A stretch of 61,180 nucleotides of DNA, from the IMG/VR virus record IMGVR_UViG_3300043414_000203, positions 1 through 61,180 of that record; one strand, written 5' to 3'. Source of the stretch: a virus. Lineage: Duplodnaviria > Caudoviricetes. Made by a program: the position numbers and the translations under genes. Positions 1-9,407 of this stretch are shown in pieces (within the stretch, counting starts at the first letter, position 1; the number at the start of each line of letters is the position of its first letter). Under the pieces are notes generated by a model. The model was not told the origin of the DNA, did no database searches, and saw nothing but the letters and a program-made list of their open reading frames with translations.

Positions 1-127
1 AGATGGACACAAAACAAGTTAAAAAGATCGCTACTAAGGAAGTTAAGTCACACGAAAAGCGTATGCACAAAGGCATGGCAAAAGGTGGCGTAACTACTGA
101 TTCCATGGAAAAATACGGTCGCAATAT
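1..127. repeat. Terminal direct repeat, copy 1 (circular assembly overlap)
   Basis: 1..127 is identical to 61054..61180; 127 is a typical assembler k-mer length. Confidence 0.95.
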
Positions 128-170
128 AGCTCGCGCTATGAACCAAAAATCCAACGGAAGAGGTCGATAA
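3..170 (+). CDS. Small basic protein (55 aa) with MAKGG motif; spans the circular junction (also starts at 61056)
   Basis: Manual translation MDTKQVKKIATKEVKSHEKRMHKGMAKGGVTTDSMEKYGRNIARAMNQKSNGRGR*; RBS AGGAG at ~61045; stop overlaps next ATG. Confidence 0.8.
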   Translation: MDTKQVKKIATKEVKSHEKRMHKGMAKGGVTTDSMEKYGRNIARAMNQKSNGRGR

Positions 171-433
171 TGGCTAAGTTCTCGCAGAAGGTTATGGGTA
201 AAGAAGTAGGTCAGGCTGCTGTGTATGCTGCTCCTCACGATATGAAGGGTAAAGCTACTAGCATTCAAGCTGATTCTGCTTACACCACTGGTGCTAAGGT
301 TATGGACAACATGAACATCTCTGTTGCCGGTATAAGCAAGGGTAATACTAAGCCTGCTAAGACTGACGGCATCAAGGTTCGTGGTACAGGTGCAGCTACT
401 AAAGGTTTAATGGCTCGTGGGCCAATGGCATAA
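170..433 (+). CDS. Small basic virion-module protein
   Basis: ORF coupled to both neighbours; C-terminal RGTGAATKG resembles the RxDGxAxRGKT tag. Confidence 0.75.
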   Translation: MAKFSQKVMGKEVGQAAVYAAPHDMKGKATSIQADSAYTTGAKVMDNMNISVAGISKGNTKPAKTDGIKVRGTGAATKGLMARGPMA

Positions 434-1111
434 ATGAACTACACCCAGTTAAAAGCCGCGATTCAGTCCTACACGGAGAACTATGAGACCGAGTTTGAGT
501 CTTATATTCCTACGTTTGTACAGCAAACTGAAGAGCGTGTTTATAACACTGTTCAACTTCCGCCATTACGTTCCAACAAAACGGGCGTATTGACTACTGG
601 TAACAAGTATTTGCCCTGCCCAAATGATTTCCTGTCGGTGTATTCGATGGCAGTTATTGAGAACTACGGTACTGCAAATGAAGTATTCCACTACCTGCTA
701 AACAAGGATGTGAACTATATTCGTGAGGCATATCCAACGCCCGCAGATACAGGACTACCTTCGTACTATGCAATATTTGGTTCAGCAGTAAGTAGTAATA
801 CAGTATCAAATGAATTAACATTTATACTTGGCCCCACGCCGAACGCATCATATACGGCAGAATTGCATTACTACTATTATCCAGAATCAATTGTTACTGC
901 TGGCACAACTTGGCTTGGTGACAACTATGATCCAGTGCTGTTGTATGGCTCCTTGCGCGAAGCTTACCTGTACATGAAAGGTGAGCAGGATTTGATTGCC
1001 AACGTAGAAGCAAAGTACAACGAAGCATTAGGTCAGTTGAAACGTCTGGGTGATGGCATGGAGCGTCAGGATGCGTACCGCAGTGGTCAGACTAGGGTGA
1101 GAGTCACATGA
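434..1111 (+). CDS. Putative head-tail adaptor / tail tubular protein
   Basis: MNYTQLKAAIQ..., LGPTP, YYYYP, LLYGSL motifs typical of podophage adaptor proteins; position. Confidence 0.6.
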   Translation: MNYTQLKAAIQSYTENYETEFESYIPTFVQQTEERVYNTVQLPPLRSNKTGVLTTGNKYLPCPNDFLSVYSMAVIENYGTANEVFHYLLNKDVNYIREAYPTPADTGLPSYYAIFGSAVSSNTVSNELTFILGPTPNASYTAELHYYYYPESIVTAGTTWLGDNYDPVLLYGSLREAYLYMKGEQDLIANVEAKYNEALGQLKRLGDGMERQDAYRSGQTRVRVT

Positions 1112-1530
1112 CAATCTATCAAGGACTGACTACAAGCTTCAAGGTTGACATGTTGAACGGTGAGCAGAACATTGCTTCCGACACATTGAAGATGGCGTTG
1201 TACACGGCGTATGCCACGTTAGATCAGGATACTGCTGCGTACACAACAGGCAATGAGATTAGTGGTACTGGTTACACTGCTGGCGGTCAAACGCTATCTA
1301 ACGTAACTATTCGGAGTGGTGGCAATACGGCGTATGTAAGCTTTAGCAATGTGGTTTGGAGTCCTGCTCAGTTTACAACTAGAGGTGCATTGATTTATAA
1401 CGCAACAAAATCAAACGCTTCGATAGCAGTATTGGACTTTGGTTCTGACAAGATTCAAACTGGCAACAACACATTTACAGTAACTTTGCCGCCTGACACA
1501 GAGTCCAGTGCGCTAATTCGTATAACGTAA
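1108..1530 (+). CDS. Virion structural (tail-associated) protein
   Basis: LKMALYT..NEISGTGYTAGG..RGALIYN..VLDFGSDK, a recurring phage structural family. Confidence 0.6.
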   Translation: MTIYQGLTTSFKVDMLNGEQNIASDTLKMALYTAYATLDQDTAAYTTGNEISGTGYTAGGQTLSNVTIRSGGNTAYVSFSNVVWSPAQFTTRGALIYNATKSNASIAVLDFGSDKIQTGNNTFTVTLPPDTESSALIRIT

Positions 1531-1539
1531 GGAGTAATC

Positions 1540-2115
1540 ATGGGTATCGAAAATTCTAAATCCAGTGAAATTGTTGTAGGCACAACTGCGCGTAAGACTG
1601 GTTTTGTTGAAGATATGTCAGCGGGCGGCGTGTTTACTGTCACTTGCATGGACAAAGACGGCAACGAGAAGTGGGTAGATATTGCACCTAACTTGGTTGT
1701 TAACACTGGCCTGCAAGACATGAACACTAAGTTCTTTAGTGGATCTGCTTATACCGCTGCTTGGTATGTTGGTCTGGTTAACGGTACATCTGCTTCCACT
1801 ACATTCTCTGGTGGCGATACGTTAGCTACTCACGCTGGTTGGACTGAGAACACTAGCTACGGCGGTAATCGTAAAGCAGCTACCTTTGGTGCAGCTACAT
1901 TGGCTGATCCATCTAACATCAACAACGCAACGTCTACTGCTTCGTTTACTATGAATGCGACTGCTACTATTGCTGGCGCGTTCCTAACAAATGTGGCGAC
2001 AGGCACCACAGGATTATTGTTCTCTGAATCAGATTTTCAGTCTCCTGGTGATCGTAGTGTTGTGAGTGGTGACGTTTTGCTAGTTACATACTCGTTCAAC
2101 CTTGACGCAACTTAA
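1540..2115 (+). CDS. Virion structural protein
   Basis: RBS AAGGAG; NLVVNTG, WYVGL motifs; Thr/Ala-rich. Confidence 0.6.
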   Translation: MGIENSKSSEIVVGTTARKTGFVEDMSAGGVFTVTCMDKDGNEKWVDIAPNLVVNTGLQDMNTKFFSGSAYTAAWYVGLVNGTSASTTFSGGDTLATHAGWTENTSYGGNRKAATFGAATLADPSNINNATSTASFTMNATATIAGAFLTNVATGTTGLLFSESDFQSPGDRSVVSGDVLLVTYSFNLDAT

Positions 2116-2127
2116 TAGGGGATAAAG

Positions 2128-2298
2128 ATGTTTAAAAAAGGCGACGTAGTTAAGGTTAAGACTGTTCTGCCAGAAGGCCCAATCGTTAAGATGCGCATGG
2201 ATGATGACGGCACTATTTTTTACCTATTGGCATGGGCTACAGATGGCGTAGAGCATGAGCGTTGGTTCACGGAAGATCAGCTTGTTGCTGTGGGGTAA
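2128..2298 (+). CDS. Small YodC/DUF2158-like protein (56 aa)
   Basis: Manual translation MFKKGDVVKVKTVLPEGPIVKM...HERWFTEDQLVAVG*; fills the gap, RBS AGGGG. Confidence 0.7.
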   Translation: MFKKGDVVKVKTVLPEGPIVKMRMDDDGTIFYLLAWATDGVEHERWFTEDQLVAVG

Positions 2299-2301
2299 TG
2301 T

Positions 2302-2979
2302 GTGGCGCAAGTTGATGGCGGCTATAGCAGTGGAAACTGGGGCGAGCCTGCGGCGTGGGGCTGTTCGGTTTATTACCCAGTAATCTCTAACGCAGGTTGG
2401 GGATTAGGTGCTTGGGGCTATGATGTATGGGGTTTAGGTAACGGTGGTTTAGTTAGTGCATCAGATACGGTAGGGTACTTAACGGCTTTTGAAGGCACCG
2501 TATCTGAGACGGTTAATGTAACGGATGTGGTTTCTAGACCGAGCGAAAATATATCAGTAAGTGTTATTGAAACAGTAAATATTGCTGACGAAGTATCTGG
2601 AAATGTAGCAGCTCCTATGCTTGGAACTGTTTCAGAAACAGTAAATTCCTCAGATGAAACAAGTGGAAACATAACAGTATCTATAACTAGCTTTATAAAT
2701 GAAGCGGCTAACATCGCTGACACTACAAGCGCGAATGCAACTTTTGTTGTAACGGTTCAAGAGACAGTTAATGCAGAAAGCATAGTAAGTACGCTAGGAA
2801 TTTTTATTGTAAATGTTGATGAGACAAGCAATGTAACGGATCAGTTTTTACCCAATGGAGTGTTTTCTCTGAGGGTTATTGAGACGGTTAATGCGCAGGA
2901 TAGTGTGAATAGAAGGCGGTTGTGGGAGCTAATTGACACCGGAACTACCGAAGATTGGTCACTCATAAATACTTATTAG
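2302..2979 (+). CDS. Virion structural protein with WG N-terminus and ETVN-type repeats
   Basis: Repeated (S/I/Q)ETVN(V/I/A)xD units; WGxGxWG motifs. Confidence 0.6.
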   Translation: MAQVDGGYSSGNWGEPAAWGCSVYYPVISNAGWGLGAWGYDVWGLGNGGLVSASDTVGYLTAFEGTVSETVNVTDVVSRPSENISVSVIETVNIADEVSGNVAAPMLGTVSETVNSSDETSGNITVSITSFINEAANIADTTSANATFVVTVQETVNAESIVSTLGIFIVNVDETSNVTDQFLPNGVFSLRVIETVNAQDSVNRRRLWELIDTGTTEDWSLINTY

Positions 2980-2991
2980 TAAGGAAGAATC

Positions 2992-4092
2992 ATGGCAAGC
3001 ACATATAGCAGCCTAAAGATTGAGTTAATTGGCACTGGCGACCAAGCTGGTACGTGGGGTAATACCACAAACACCAACCTTGGAACTGCCATTGAAGAAG
3101 CTGTCACTGGTTCTTCTAACGTCACTTTTGCTAGCGCGAACGTGGCAATAGCATTGGCAGATACGAATGCGGCTCAAACTGCGCGTAATCTACGGCTTAA
3201 TTTAGTTGGAACAATTGCCAACGTACAGACATTGTTTGTGCCTGCGATTGAGAAACAGTACCTAGTTACAAACGGTCTGTCCAACTCAGTCATTATTTCC
3301 AACGGTTCAAACGCTTCTCCGACAGGTACTACTGTTACTGTTCCAACAGGTAAATCGGTGGTTATATTTAACGACGCAACTAACATTGCGGAGACTACTA
3401 ATTACATAAATAACTTGTCAATTGGTACTTTAACAATTAATGGCGGCACGGCTAACGCGCTGTCTTTAACTAACGTAACAATTTCAAGCGGTTCAATAAC
3501 TTCTAATGCAGCCACGTTTACAAACGTCAGCATTACTAGCGGCAATATAAACAGCGTCACTTCCAACGCATCCACGTTTAGCAACGTATCAATTGTTAGC
3601 GGAAACATAAACAGCGTTACATCAAATGCGTCTACGTTTAGTAATGTAACCATCAACGGTGGTACATCAAACGGTGTTTCATTTAGTAATGCAACTATTA
3701 ACGGCGGCACAGCTAACGGTGTAACGTCTAGCAATGTAACTATTATTGGTGGCACAGTAGGTAACACAACAATCAATGCTTATACTGAAAACGTATTAGT
3801 AATTGGTAATACTGGATCAACGCAAACCCTGAATATTGCTAACGCAACAGTAATTACAGCCAATTTAACTGCAAGCTGTACGTGGACAATGCCTGCTACT
3901 ACCGCAGGCAAATCATTTATTTTGCTTCTTAAAACAGGATCTGGAAGCTATACATCGACTTGGACTGGGGTAAAGTGGGTTGGTAATACTGCGCCTACTA
4001 TTACGGTTACTGCAAACCGTATGGATATTTTGACGTTTATAGCTGACGGTGCAAATTGGTACGGTAACTATGCTCAAGGATATGTACCTTAA
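2992..4092 (+). CDS. Tail fibre/spike-like protein
   Basis: N-terminal MASTYSSLKIELIGTGDQAGTWG anchor-type motif, Asn/Thr/Ser repeat middle, C-terminal VKW..APT..DIL..DG.NWYG domain. Confidence 0.65.
   Translation: MASTYSSLKIELIGTGDQAGTWGNTTNTNLGTAIEEAVTGSSNVTFASANVAIALADTNAAQTARNLRLNLVGTIANVQTLFVPAIEKQYLVTNGLSNSVIISNGSNASPTGTTVTVPTGKSVVIFNDATNIAETTNYINNLSIGTLTINGGTANALSLTNVTISSGSITSNAATFTNVSITSGNINSVTSNASTFSNVSIVSGNINSVTSNASTFSNVTINGGTSNGVSFSNATINGGTANGVTSSNVTIIGGTVGNTTINAYTENVLVIGNTGSTQTLNIANATVITANLTASCTWTMPATTAGKSFILLLKTGSGSYTSTWTGVKWVGNTAPTITVTANRMDILTFIADGANWYGNYAQGYVP
3500..3740 (+). repeat. Degenerate ~60-bp (20-aa) tandem repeat inside tail fibre
   Basis: SNAATFTNVSITSGNINSVT / SNASTFSNVSIVSGNINSVT / SNASTFSNVTINGG. 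Confidence 0.75.
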
Positions 4093-4105
4093 TAGGGGTT
4101 AATAG

Positions 4106-4903
4106 ATGCTTACCTATACAAAATTAATGCAGACAATGGGTGGTGCTGCTTTGCCATATATTGCTGAATATATGATTATTGCTGGTGGTGGTGGTGGCTC
4201 TGGCGGTGGCGGTGGTGCTGGTGGGGTTATAGAGGGAACGATAGTTTCCCCGGCAGGAGCTTACGCTGTAACAATTGGTGGCGGTGGGCCTCCGGGAAGG
4301 CAAACAGCAGCTAATGCTGGCTCCGGAAATCCTACAAACCTTGGATTGTTAATAGCATCAGGTGGTGGATACGGAGCTGGCACACTTAATAATGGTGGGC
4401 CGGGTGGCTCTGGTGGTGGAGCATCTGCGAATTCTGGATCATCTACTGGTGGTACTGCAACGTCAGGACAAGGTAATGCTGGCGGTAATGCAACATATTT
4501 TTCAGGTTGGGCTGGTGCTGGTGGTGGTGGAGCAGGAGCTGTTGGTACTAGTGTATCTGGTTATGATACTGGTAACTCATCCCCTTTTGGTGGAGCAGGA
4601 GGAACCGGTAAAACATCGTCAATAAGTGGTACGTTTACGACTTACGCAAAAGGCGGTCAGGGTTATTTTTCAAGTACAGAAACTGGAGACGCTACAGCAA
4701 ATTCTGGCAATGGTGGTGGTGGTGCGCAAGCTCAAAATCAATCAAGTGTTGGATGGAACGGCGGCTCAGGTGTTGTGATAATTGCTTTTCCTAATACTTT
4801 TCCAGCAGCAACGTGGACAGGATTAACTGTTAGCGAGCCAACACGCTCTGGATATAGGGTTTATTTAATTACTGGCGGCAGCGGAACCTTTACGTTTAAT
4901 TAG
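4106..4903 (+). CDS. Glycine-rich tail-associated protein
   Basis: IAGGGGGSGGGGGAGG...GGSGVVII, typical phage glycine-rich domain. Confidence 0.7.
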   Translation: MLTYTKLMQTMGGAALPYIAEYMIIAGGGGGSGGGGGAGGVIEGTIVSPAGAYAVTIGGGGPPGRQTAANAGSGNPTNLGLLIASGGGYGAGTLNNGGPGGSGGGASANSGSSTGGTATSGQGNAGGNATYFSGWAGAGGGGAGAVGTSVSGYDTGNSSPFGGAGGTGKTSSISGTFTTYAKGGQGYFSSTETGDATANSGNGGGGAQAQNQSSVGWNGGSGVVIIAFPNTFPAATWTGLTVSEPTRSGYRVYLITGGSGTFTFN

Positions 4904-4909
4904 GAAAAA

Positions 4910-5281
4910 ATGATGGCTCATTACGCATTTCTTGATGAAAACAATATTGTTACTCTAGTCATTTCTGGTAAAGACGAAGGCGAAGATGGTATTGATTGGG
5001 AACAATGGTACGGTGACTTTCGTGGTCAAGTATGTAAGCGCACTAGCTACAATACTATAGAGAATGTTCACACCAATGGCGGCATTCCGTTTCGTGGAAA
5101 CTATGCTGGCATAGGTTTTACTTACCGTGCTGACATTGATGCGTTTGTTCCTCCGCAGCCATTCCCAAGTTGGACATTAGATTCCAATGTTGTTTGGCAA
5201 CCGCCAGTTCCTCTTCCATTAGATGGCAATATGTATTCATGGGATGAAGCTACTACATCGTGGATCCCCTTACCCTCCTAG
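4910..5281 (+). CDS. Tail fibre-associated hypothetical protein
   Basis: MAHYAFLD..KRTSYN..FRGNYAGIG..DAFVPPQPFPSW family, common beside Gly-rich genes. Confidence 0.7.
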   Translation: MMAHYAFLDENNIVTLVISGKDEGEDGIDWEQWYGDFRGQVCKRTSYNTIENVHTNGGIPFRGNYAGIGFTYRADIDAFVPPQPFPSWTLDSNVVWQPPVPLPLDGNMYSWDEATTSWIPLPS

Positions 5282-5970
5282 CCGCTGCTAATGCCGCTGT
5301 TCTTGCGGTAAAGAAGGGATGTCAGCTATACAAAGACATCAAGAGCGCAAGTGGAGATGTCAGTGCGGTACTAAAAGATTTACGAGAGCAGTATCACAGG
5401 ATAGTTGACCCAAGCCCTCAGCAGAAAATGCAGTACAACGCAGAAGTTCAGCGTGTGCAGGAGATAGCCAAAGCCGATCCAAATGATGTGTTTAGTGAGA
5501 TTGGTAATCAGCTAGGTGTGTTAATGGATGCTTATGACGCTCTTAGTAAGGCACTGATGCAAGAAGAGATTTCAGGTAAGAAAGTATATAAAGGAGAAGA
5601 AAGTATAGGCCGTCGTGCTTTGCGCAGAATCATTATTACATCTAGACTAGATGCGATGCTTGCGGAAATACGCGAAACAATGGTCTATAGATCCCCTCCT
5701 GAATTAAACGGATTGTGGGCTAAGTTTGAGACGATGTGGGAGCGTATTGTTGCCGAGCAGGAAGCAGCACATGTCGAAGAACTTAAGCAGAATCAGGTTG
5801 CAAAATGGCGACGGGCAAATATAAGAAAAAAGCTCAAGGAACAACTAACGTCAGTGATCGCGGTGCTGTTCATAATATTGTGGTACGTATGGGTAATGAT
5901 AATGATAAGGATGAGCCACACATACCGTGGTCACTTCTCGTCGCCGTTTTGGTCTTGTGTCTTGTGCTAG
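5260..5970 (+). CDS. Hypothetical protein with C-terminal TM helix
   Basis: Long ORF; hydrophobic VIAVLFIILWYVWVMIMI. Confidence 0.65.
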   Translation: MDPLTLLAAANAAVLAVKKGCQLYKDIKSASGDVSAVLKDLREQYHRIVDPSPQQKMQYNAEVQRVQEIAKADPNDVFSEIGNQLGVLMDAYDALSKALMQEEISGKKVYKGEESIGRRALRRIIITSRLDAMLAEIRETMVYRSPPELNGLWAKFETMWERIVAEQEAAHVEELKQNQVAKWRRANIRKKLKEQLTSVIAVLFIILWYVWVMIMIRMSHTYRGHFSSPFWSCVLC

Positions 5971-6104
5971 TTATTGCACTCCCGATTATGGGGATCATGT
6001 ACATGGACATGAACAACGCAACAGCCAAAGCGATGGAAGAGATAAAGAAGATGCGTGAGTTACGCGCTAAGATATTAATGGAAATACAGGAGGAGCAGAA
6101 ATGA
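5805..6104 (+). CDS. Membrane protein in lysis region (start uncertain, possibly 5889)
   Basis: Single TM segment then coiled coil; stop overlaps holin start. Confidence 0.5.
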   Translation: MATGKYKKKAQGTTNVSDRGAVHNIVVRMGNDNDKDEPHIPWSLLVAVLVLCLVLVIALPIMGIMYMDMNNATAKAMEEIKKMRELRAKILMEIQEEQK

Positions 6105-6613
6105 TTCCTATCATCGGTGCGTTGCTTGGGACACTTGCTGAAAGTGGACTAGGGCTGTTGTCTTCTGCAATCCAAGCAAAAGGCAAAGAGGTTGTAGAAA
6201 ATACGCTTGGCATTAAGATTCCAGACAACCCTACTCCTGCGGATGTTGAAAAACTACGCCAGCTTCAATATGAACATGAAGAACGATTACTAGAGCTTGG
6301 CATTGAAAAAGCCAAGATGGAACTAGCAGAGCTGCAACTATTAGCTGATGCTGCCAAGAACGAAGATAACAACGTGTCTAACCGATGGGATGCTGATATG
6401 GCATCCGACTCTTGGCTATCCAAGAACATTCGACCTATGAGCCTTATAGCCATTTTTATGGGCTACTTCTTATTTGCCATGATGTCTGCGTTTGGCTACA
6501 ACGCCAACGAGTCGTATGTTAATTTGCTTGGTCAGTGGGGTATGCTAATAATGGGTGCATATTTTGGTGGTCGCACAATTGAAAAACTTGCAGAGATGAG
6601 GGGTAAAAAATGA
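6101..6613 (+). CDS. Putative holin (3TM, GTA-holin-like)
   Basis: SDSWLSKNIRP and AYFGGRTIEK motifs; adjacent to endolysin. Confidence 0.7.
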   Translation: MIPIIGALLGTLAESGLGLLSSAIQAKGKEVVENTLGIKIPDNPTPADVEKLRQLQYEHEERLLELGIEKAKMELAELQLLADAAKNEDNNVSNRWDADMASDSWLSKNIRPMSLIAIFMGYFLFAMMSAFGYNANESYVNLLGQWGMLIMGAYFGGRTIEKLAEMRGKK

Positions 6614-6948
6614 GCCTCGCACAAGAACAAGCCGCTTTCCTTTTAGACGCTTGCAAGCTTATTCAGTACGCAACTGAACAAGGCTTTGTGGTTACTGGAG
6701 GTGAGTTAGCCCGCACTCCAGAGCAGCAAGCCATTTACTTTAAAAACGGTCGTTCCAAGACCATGAACAGTATTCATTTAAAGCGTTGTGCAATTGACTT
6801 AAACTTCTTTATAGACGGAAAAATCATTTGGGACAAAGCAATCCTTGCCCCGTTGGGTGTTTATTGGGAATCTTTGTATCCAAAGAACCGTTGGGGCGGC
6901 AACTTTAAAAGCCTTGTTGATTGTCCTCACTTTGAGCGCAATGTCTAA
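6610..6948 (+). CDS. Endolysin, peptidase M15 family
   Basis: RTPEQQ, SIH..RCAIDL, WGGNF..DCPHFE Zn-peptidase motifs. Confidence 0.85.
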   Translation: MSLAQEQAAFLLDACKLIQYATEQGFVVTGGELARTPEQQAIYFKNGRSKTMNSIHLKRCAIDLNFFIDGKIIWDKAILAPLGVYWESLYPKNRWGGNFKSLVDCPHFERNV

Positions 6949-6950
6949 AA

Positions 6951-9089
6951 ATGCCATTACAGAAACTACAACTTCGTCCAGGTGTTAATAGGGAAGGTAC
7001 AACCTTAGCCAATGAGGGCGGCTGGTTTGAATGCGATAAGATTAGATTTCGTTCAGGATATCCACAGAAAATTGGCGGATGGACTCCTATTTCCAGTAAT
7101 ACATTTCTTGGCGTAGCTCGTTCCCTTTGGAACTATGTAACTCTGCGCGGCTATAACCTTCTCGGTGTAGGTACAAACGTAAAGTATTACGTCGAGAGTG
7201 GCGGCGTTTATCATGACGTTACACCTATAAGAGCAACAGATACTTTAACCAATCCTTTTACCACTATCAGTGGATCATCCACAGTAACTGTTACCGACGC
7301 TGGTCATGGCGGTATTGATGGTGACTACGTTACGTTTACTGGAGCTGGTGCTGTAGCAGGCTTGGATCTCAACAATGAATACGTGATGTTCAATGTTGAC
7401 ACCAACTCATTTCAAATTACTGCTGCCACTGCGGCTAACGCATCTACTACTGGCGGCGGAACGGTAATTGCTGCATATCAAATTAACGTCGGCTTATCTA
7501 CGTTTGGTTATTTGACTGGCTGGGGTGCAGGTCTGTGGGGCGGCTTTGTATACGGCACAGCTCAGACTAAATTAAGTCTGCCACTAAGCACCAGTAATAC
7601 GACAATCTCTGTCACATCCACTACAGGGTTTGCCAACGCTACTGGCACCCTGATGATTGGTAACAGCGAGCTAACTACGTACACAGGAAATACCGCCGTT
7701 TCATTTACTGGCGCTACACGTGGTTTTGGTGGGACTTTGCCTACGGCATTTCCTGTAAATACTGCGGTTTACAACGCTGCTACGTTTACAGGCTGGGGTC
7801 AGTCTTCTGCTTACGGTATTGCACAGCAGCCGCGTATATGGTCAGAGACTAACTACGGTGAGTACCTGATTATTAATCCTCGCGGCGGCGCACTGTATCT
7901 CTGGGTACCAGACTACAGCTCATCTGGCAGCTTGCAGTTTGCTGATAGGGCTAAGTTACTTTCTCCTAATAGCTCTGGCATATACGATACAGATGCAAAT
8001 TGTCCTTCTGTTTGTAACTTTGTGATGGTGTCAGATGCGTCGAGGTTTGTTCTTACGTTTGGCGTCAATGATTACGGCGATACCATTCAAGATCCACTGT
8101 TAATTCGTTGGTCTGCGCAGGAAGATTATCAAACGTGGACGCCAGCTATTACTAATCAGGCTGGTAGCTTCCGCTTGTCTAGCGGCTCTACTATTGTTAC
8201 AGCCCAACAGACTCGCCAAGAAATCCTAGTATTTACAGATGCTGCGCTGTTTTCTATGCAGTATCTTGGCCCACCGTTTGTGTGGGGATTTAATATCCTG
8301 TCTGACAATATATCTATCGTCGGCCCGAACGCGGTAGCAACGGCTAACAACCTAACTTACTGGATGGGTGTAGATAAGTTCTACGTTTACACGGGTCGAG
8401 TGGAAACTCTTCCATGTTCACTTCGACAATACGTCTACGGTGATATTAACTTACAACAAAGCTATCAGTTCTTTGCTGGCACGAACGAAGGATTCAGTGA
8501 AATCTGGTGGTTCTACTGTTCATCTACGTCATCCGTTATTGACCGCTATGTGATCTACAACTATCTGGATCAGGTTTGGTACTACGGTAATTTGGGCAGG
8601 ACTGCTTGGAGTGACAGCCCGCTGCGTGATTTTCCTATGGGAGCCACGTACAATCAGACAGTTGTGTACCACGAGAGCGGCACTAACAATGTGGAAGTAA
8701 ACGGAACTACTCTGCCTATCACTTCATTCATTCAGTCATCTGACTTTGATATTGGTGATGGTCATAACTTTGGATTTGTGTGGAGGATGATACCTGATAT
8801 TACGTTTGACGGATCAACTACGTCTTCACCTGCCAAACCAGAAGTAACATTTAGCTTGCGTCCACGCCAGAATCCTGGTGCGCCGTATGGAACGGCTGAC
8901 AGTCCAACAGTTGCATCTGCACAGTCATACAACACAGTTAAGAACTACAATGTTCAGGAATTTACCCAGATTGTGTATACAAGACTGCGCGGTCGCCAAA
9001 TGGCTTTCAGGATTAGCTCGGATCAGTTGGGATGCCAGTGGCAATTAGGTGCGCCAAGGATTGATGTACGCAGCGACGGTCGGAGATAG
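6951..9089 (+). CDS. Tail nozzle / DNA-stabilisation (tail tubular B-like) protein
   Basis: 712 aa, beta-rich, IRWS..ED, C-terminal RLRGRQ..R.D.RR; position before ejection proteins. Confidence 0.65.
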   Translation: MPLQKLQLRPGVNREGTTLANEGGWFECDKIRFRSGYPQKIGGWTPISSNTFLGVARSLWNYVTLRGYNLLGVGTNVKYYVESGGVYHDVTPIRATDTLTNPFTTISGSSTVTVTDAGHGGIDGDYVTFTGAGAVAGLDLNNEYVMFNVDTNSFQITAATAANASTTGGGTVIAAYQINVGLSTFGYLTGWGAGLWGGFVYGTAQTKLSLPLSTSNTTISVTSTTGFANATGTLMIGNSELTTYTGNTAVSFTGATRGFGGTLPTAFPVNTAVYNAATFTGWGQSSAYGIAQQPRIWSETNYGEYLIINPRGGALYLWVPDYSSSGSLQFADRAKLLSPNSSGIYDTDANCPSVCNFVMVSDASRFVLTFGVNDYGDTIQDPLLIRWSAQEDYQTWTPAITNQAGSFRLSSGSTIVTAQQTRQEILVFTDAALFSMQYLGPPFVWGFNILSDNISIVGPNAVATANNLTYWMGVDKFYVYTGRVETLPCSLRQYVYGDINLQQSYQFFAGTNEGFSEIWWFYCSSTSSVIDRYVIYNYLDQVWYYGNLGRTAWSDSPLRDFPMGATYNQTVVYHESGTNNVEVNGTTLPITSFIQSSDFDIGDGHNFGFVWRMIPDITFDGSTTSSPAKPEVTFSLRPRQNPGAPYGTADSPTVASAQSYNTVKNYNVQEFTQIVYTRLRGRQMAFRISSDQLGCQWQLGAPRIDVRSDGRR

Positions 9090-9091
9090 GT

Positions 9092-9406
9092 ATGTCAACT
9101 GGTACTACAAAAGCGCCAAACTTACCAATAGCTCCGGTAGAATATAGCAGAGCGTATCAAGATCAATTAAACAACGTTTTCCGCTTGTATTTCGCGCAGT
9201 TGGATACTCCCGGCATAAGTGCTGGGTCAGCGCAAAGAACAGGTAACACGGTTATAGCTGCATTAAATTTCAGCACTATTGAACCAACGACTGGAAATAC
9301 TGTGGTCAGCTTTGCTACTAGCGTGGATGAATCAGCTGGAAGATTACGAATAGGCGATGTCTACTATGACGTTGCAACAACTGCATTAAAGATAAAGGTG
9401 TCTTAA
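9092..9406 (+). CDS. Hypothetical virion protein
   Basis: APNLPIAPVEY..LRLYF-like motif; coupled ORF. Confidence 0.65.
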   Translation: MSTGTTKAPNLPIAPVEYSRAYQDQLNNVFRLYFAQLDTPGISAGSAQRTGNTVIAALNFSTIEPTTGNTVVSFATSVDESAGRLRIGDVYYDVATTALKIKVS

Positions 9407-9407
9407 C

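Noticed and set aside
2992-4092. Many N-x-S/T sequons as evidence of N-glycosylation
   Set aside because: About 16 sequons is close to what the Asn/Ser/Thr-rich composition would give by chance
4180-4780. GGT runs as collagen or a microsatellite
   Set aside because: No Gly-X-Y periodicity; ordinary glycine-rich phage domain
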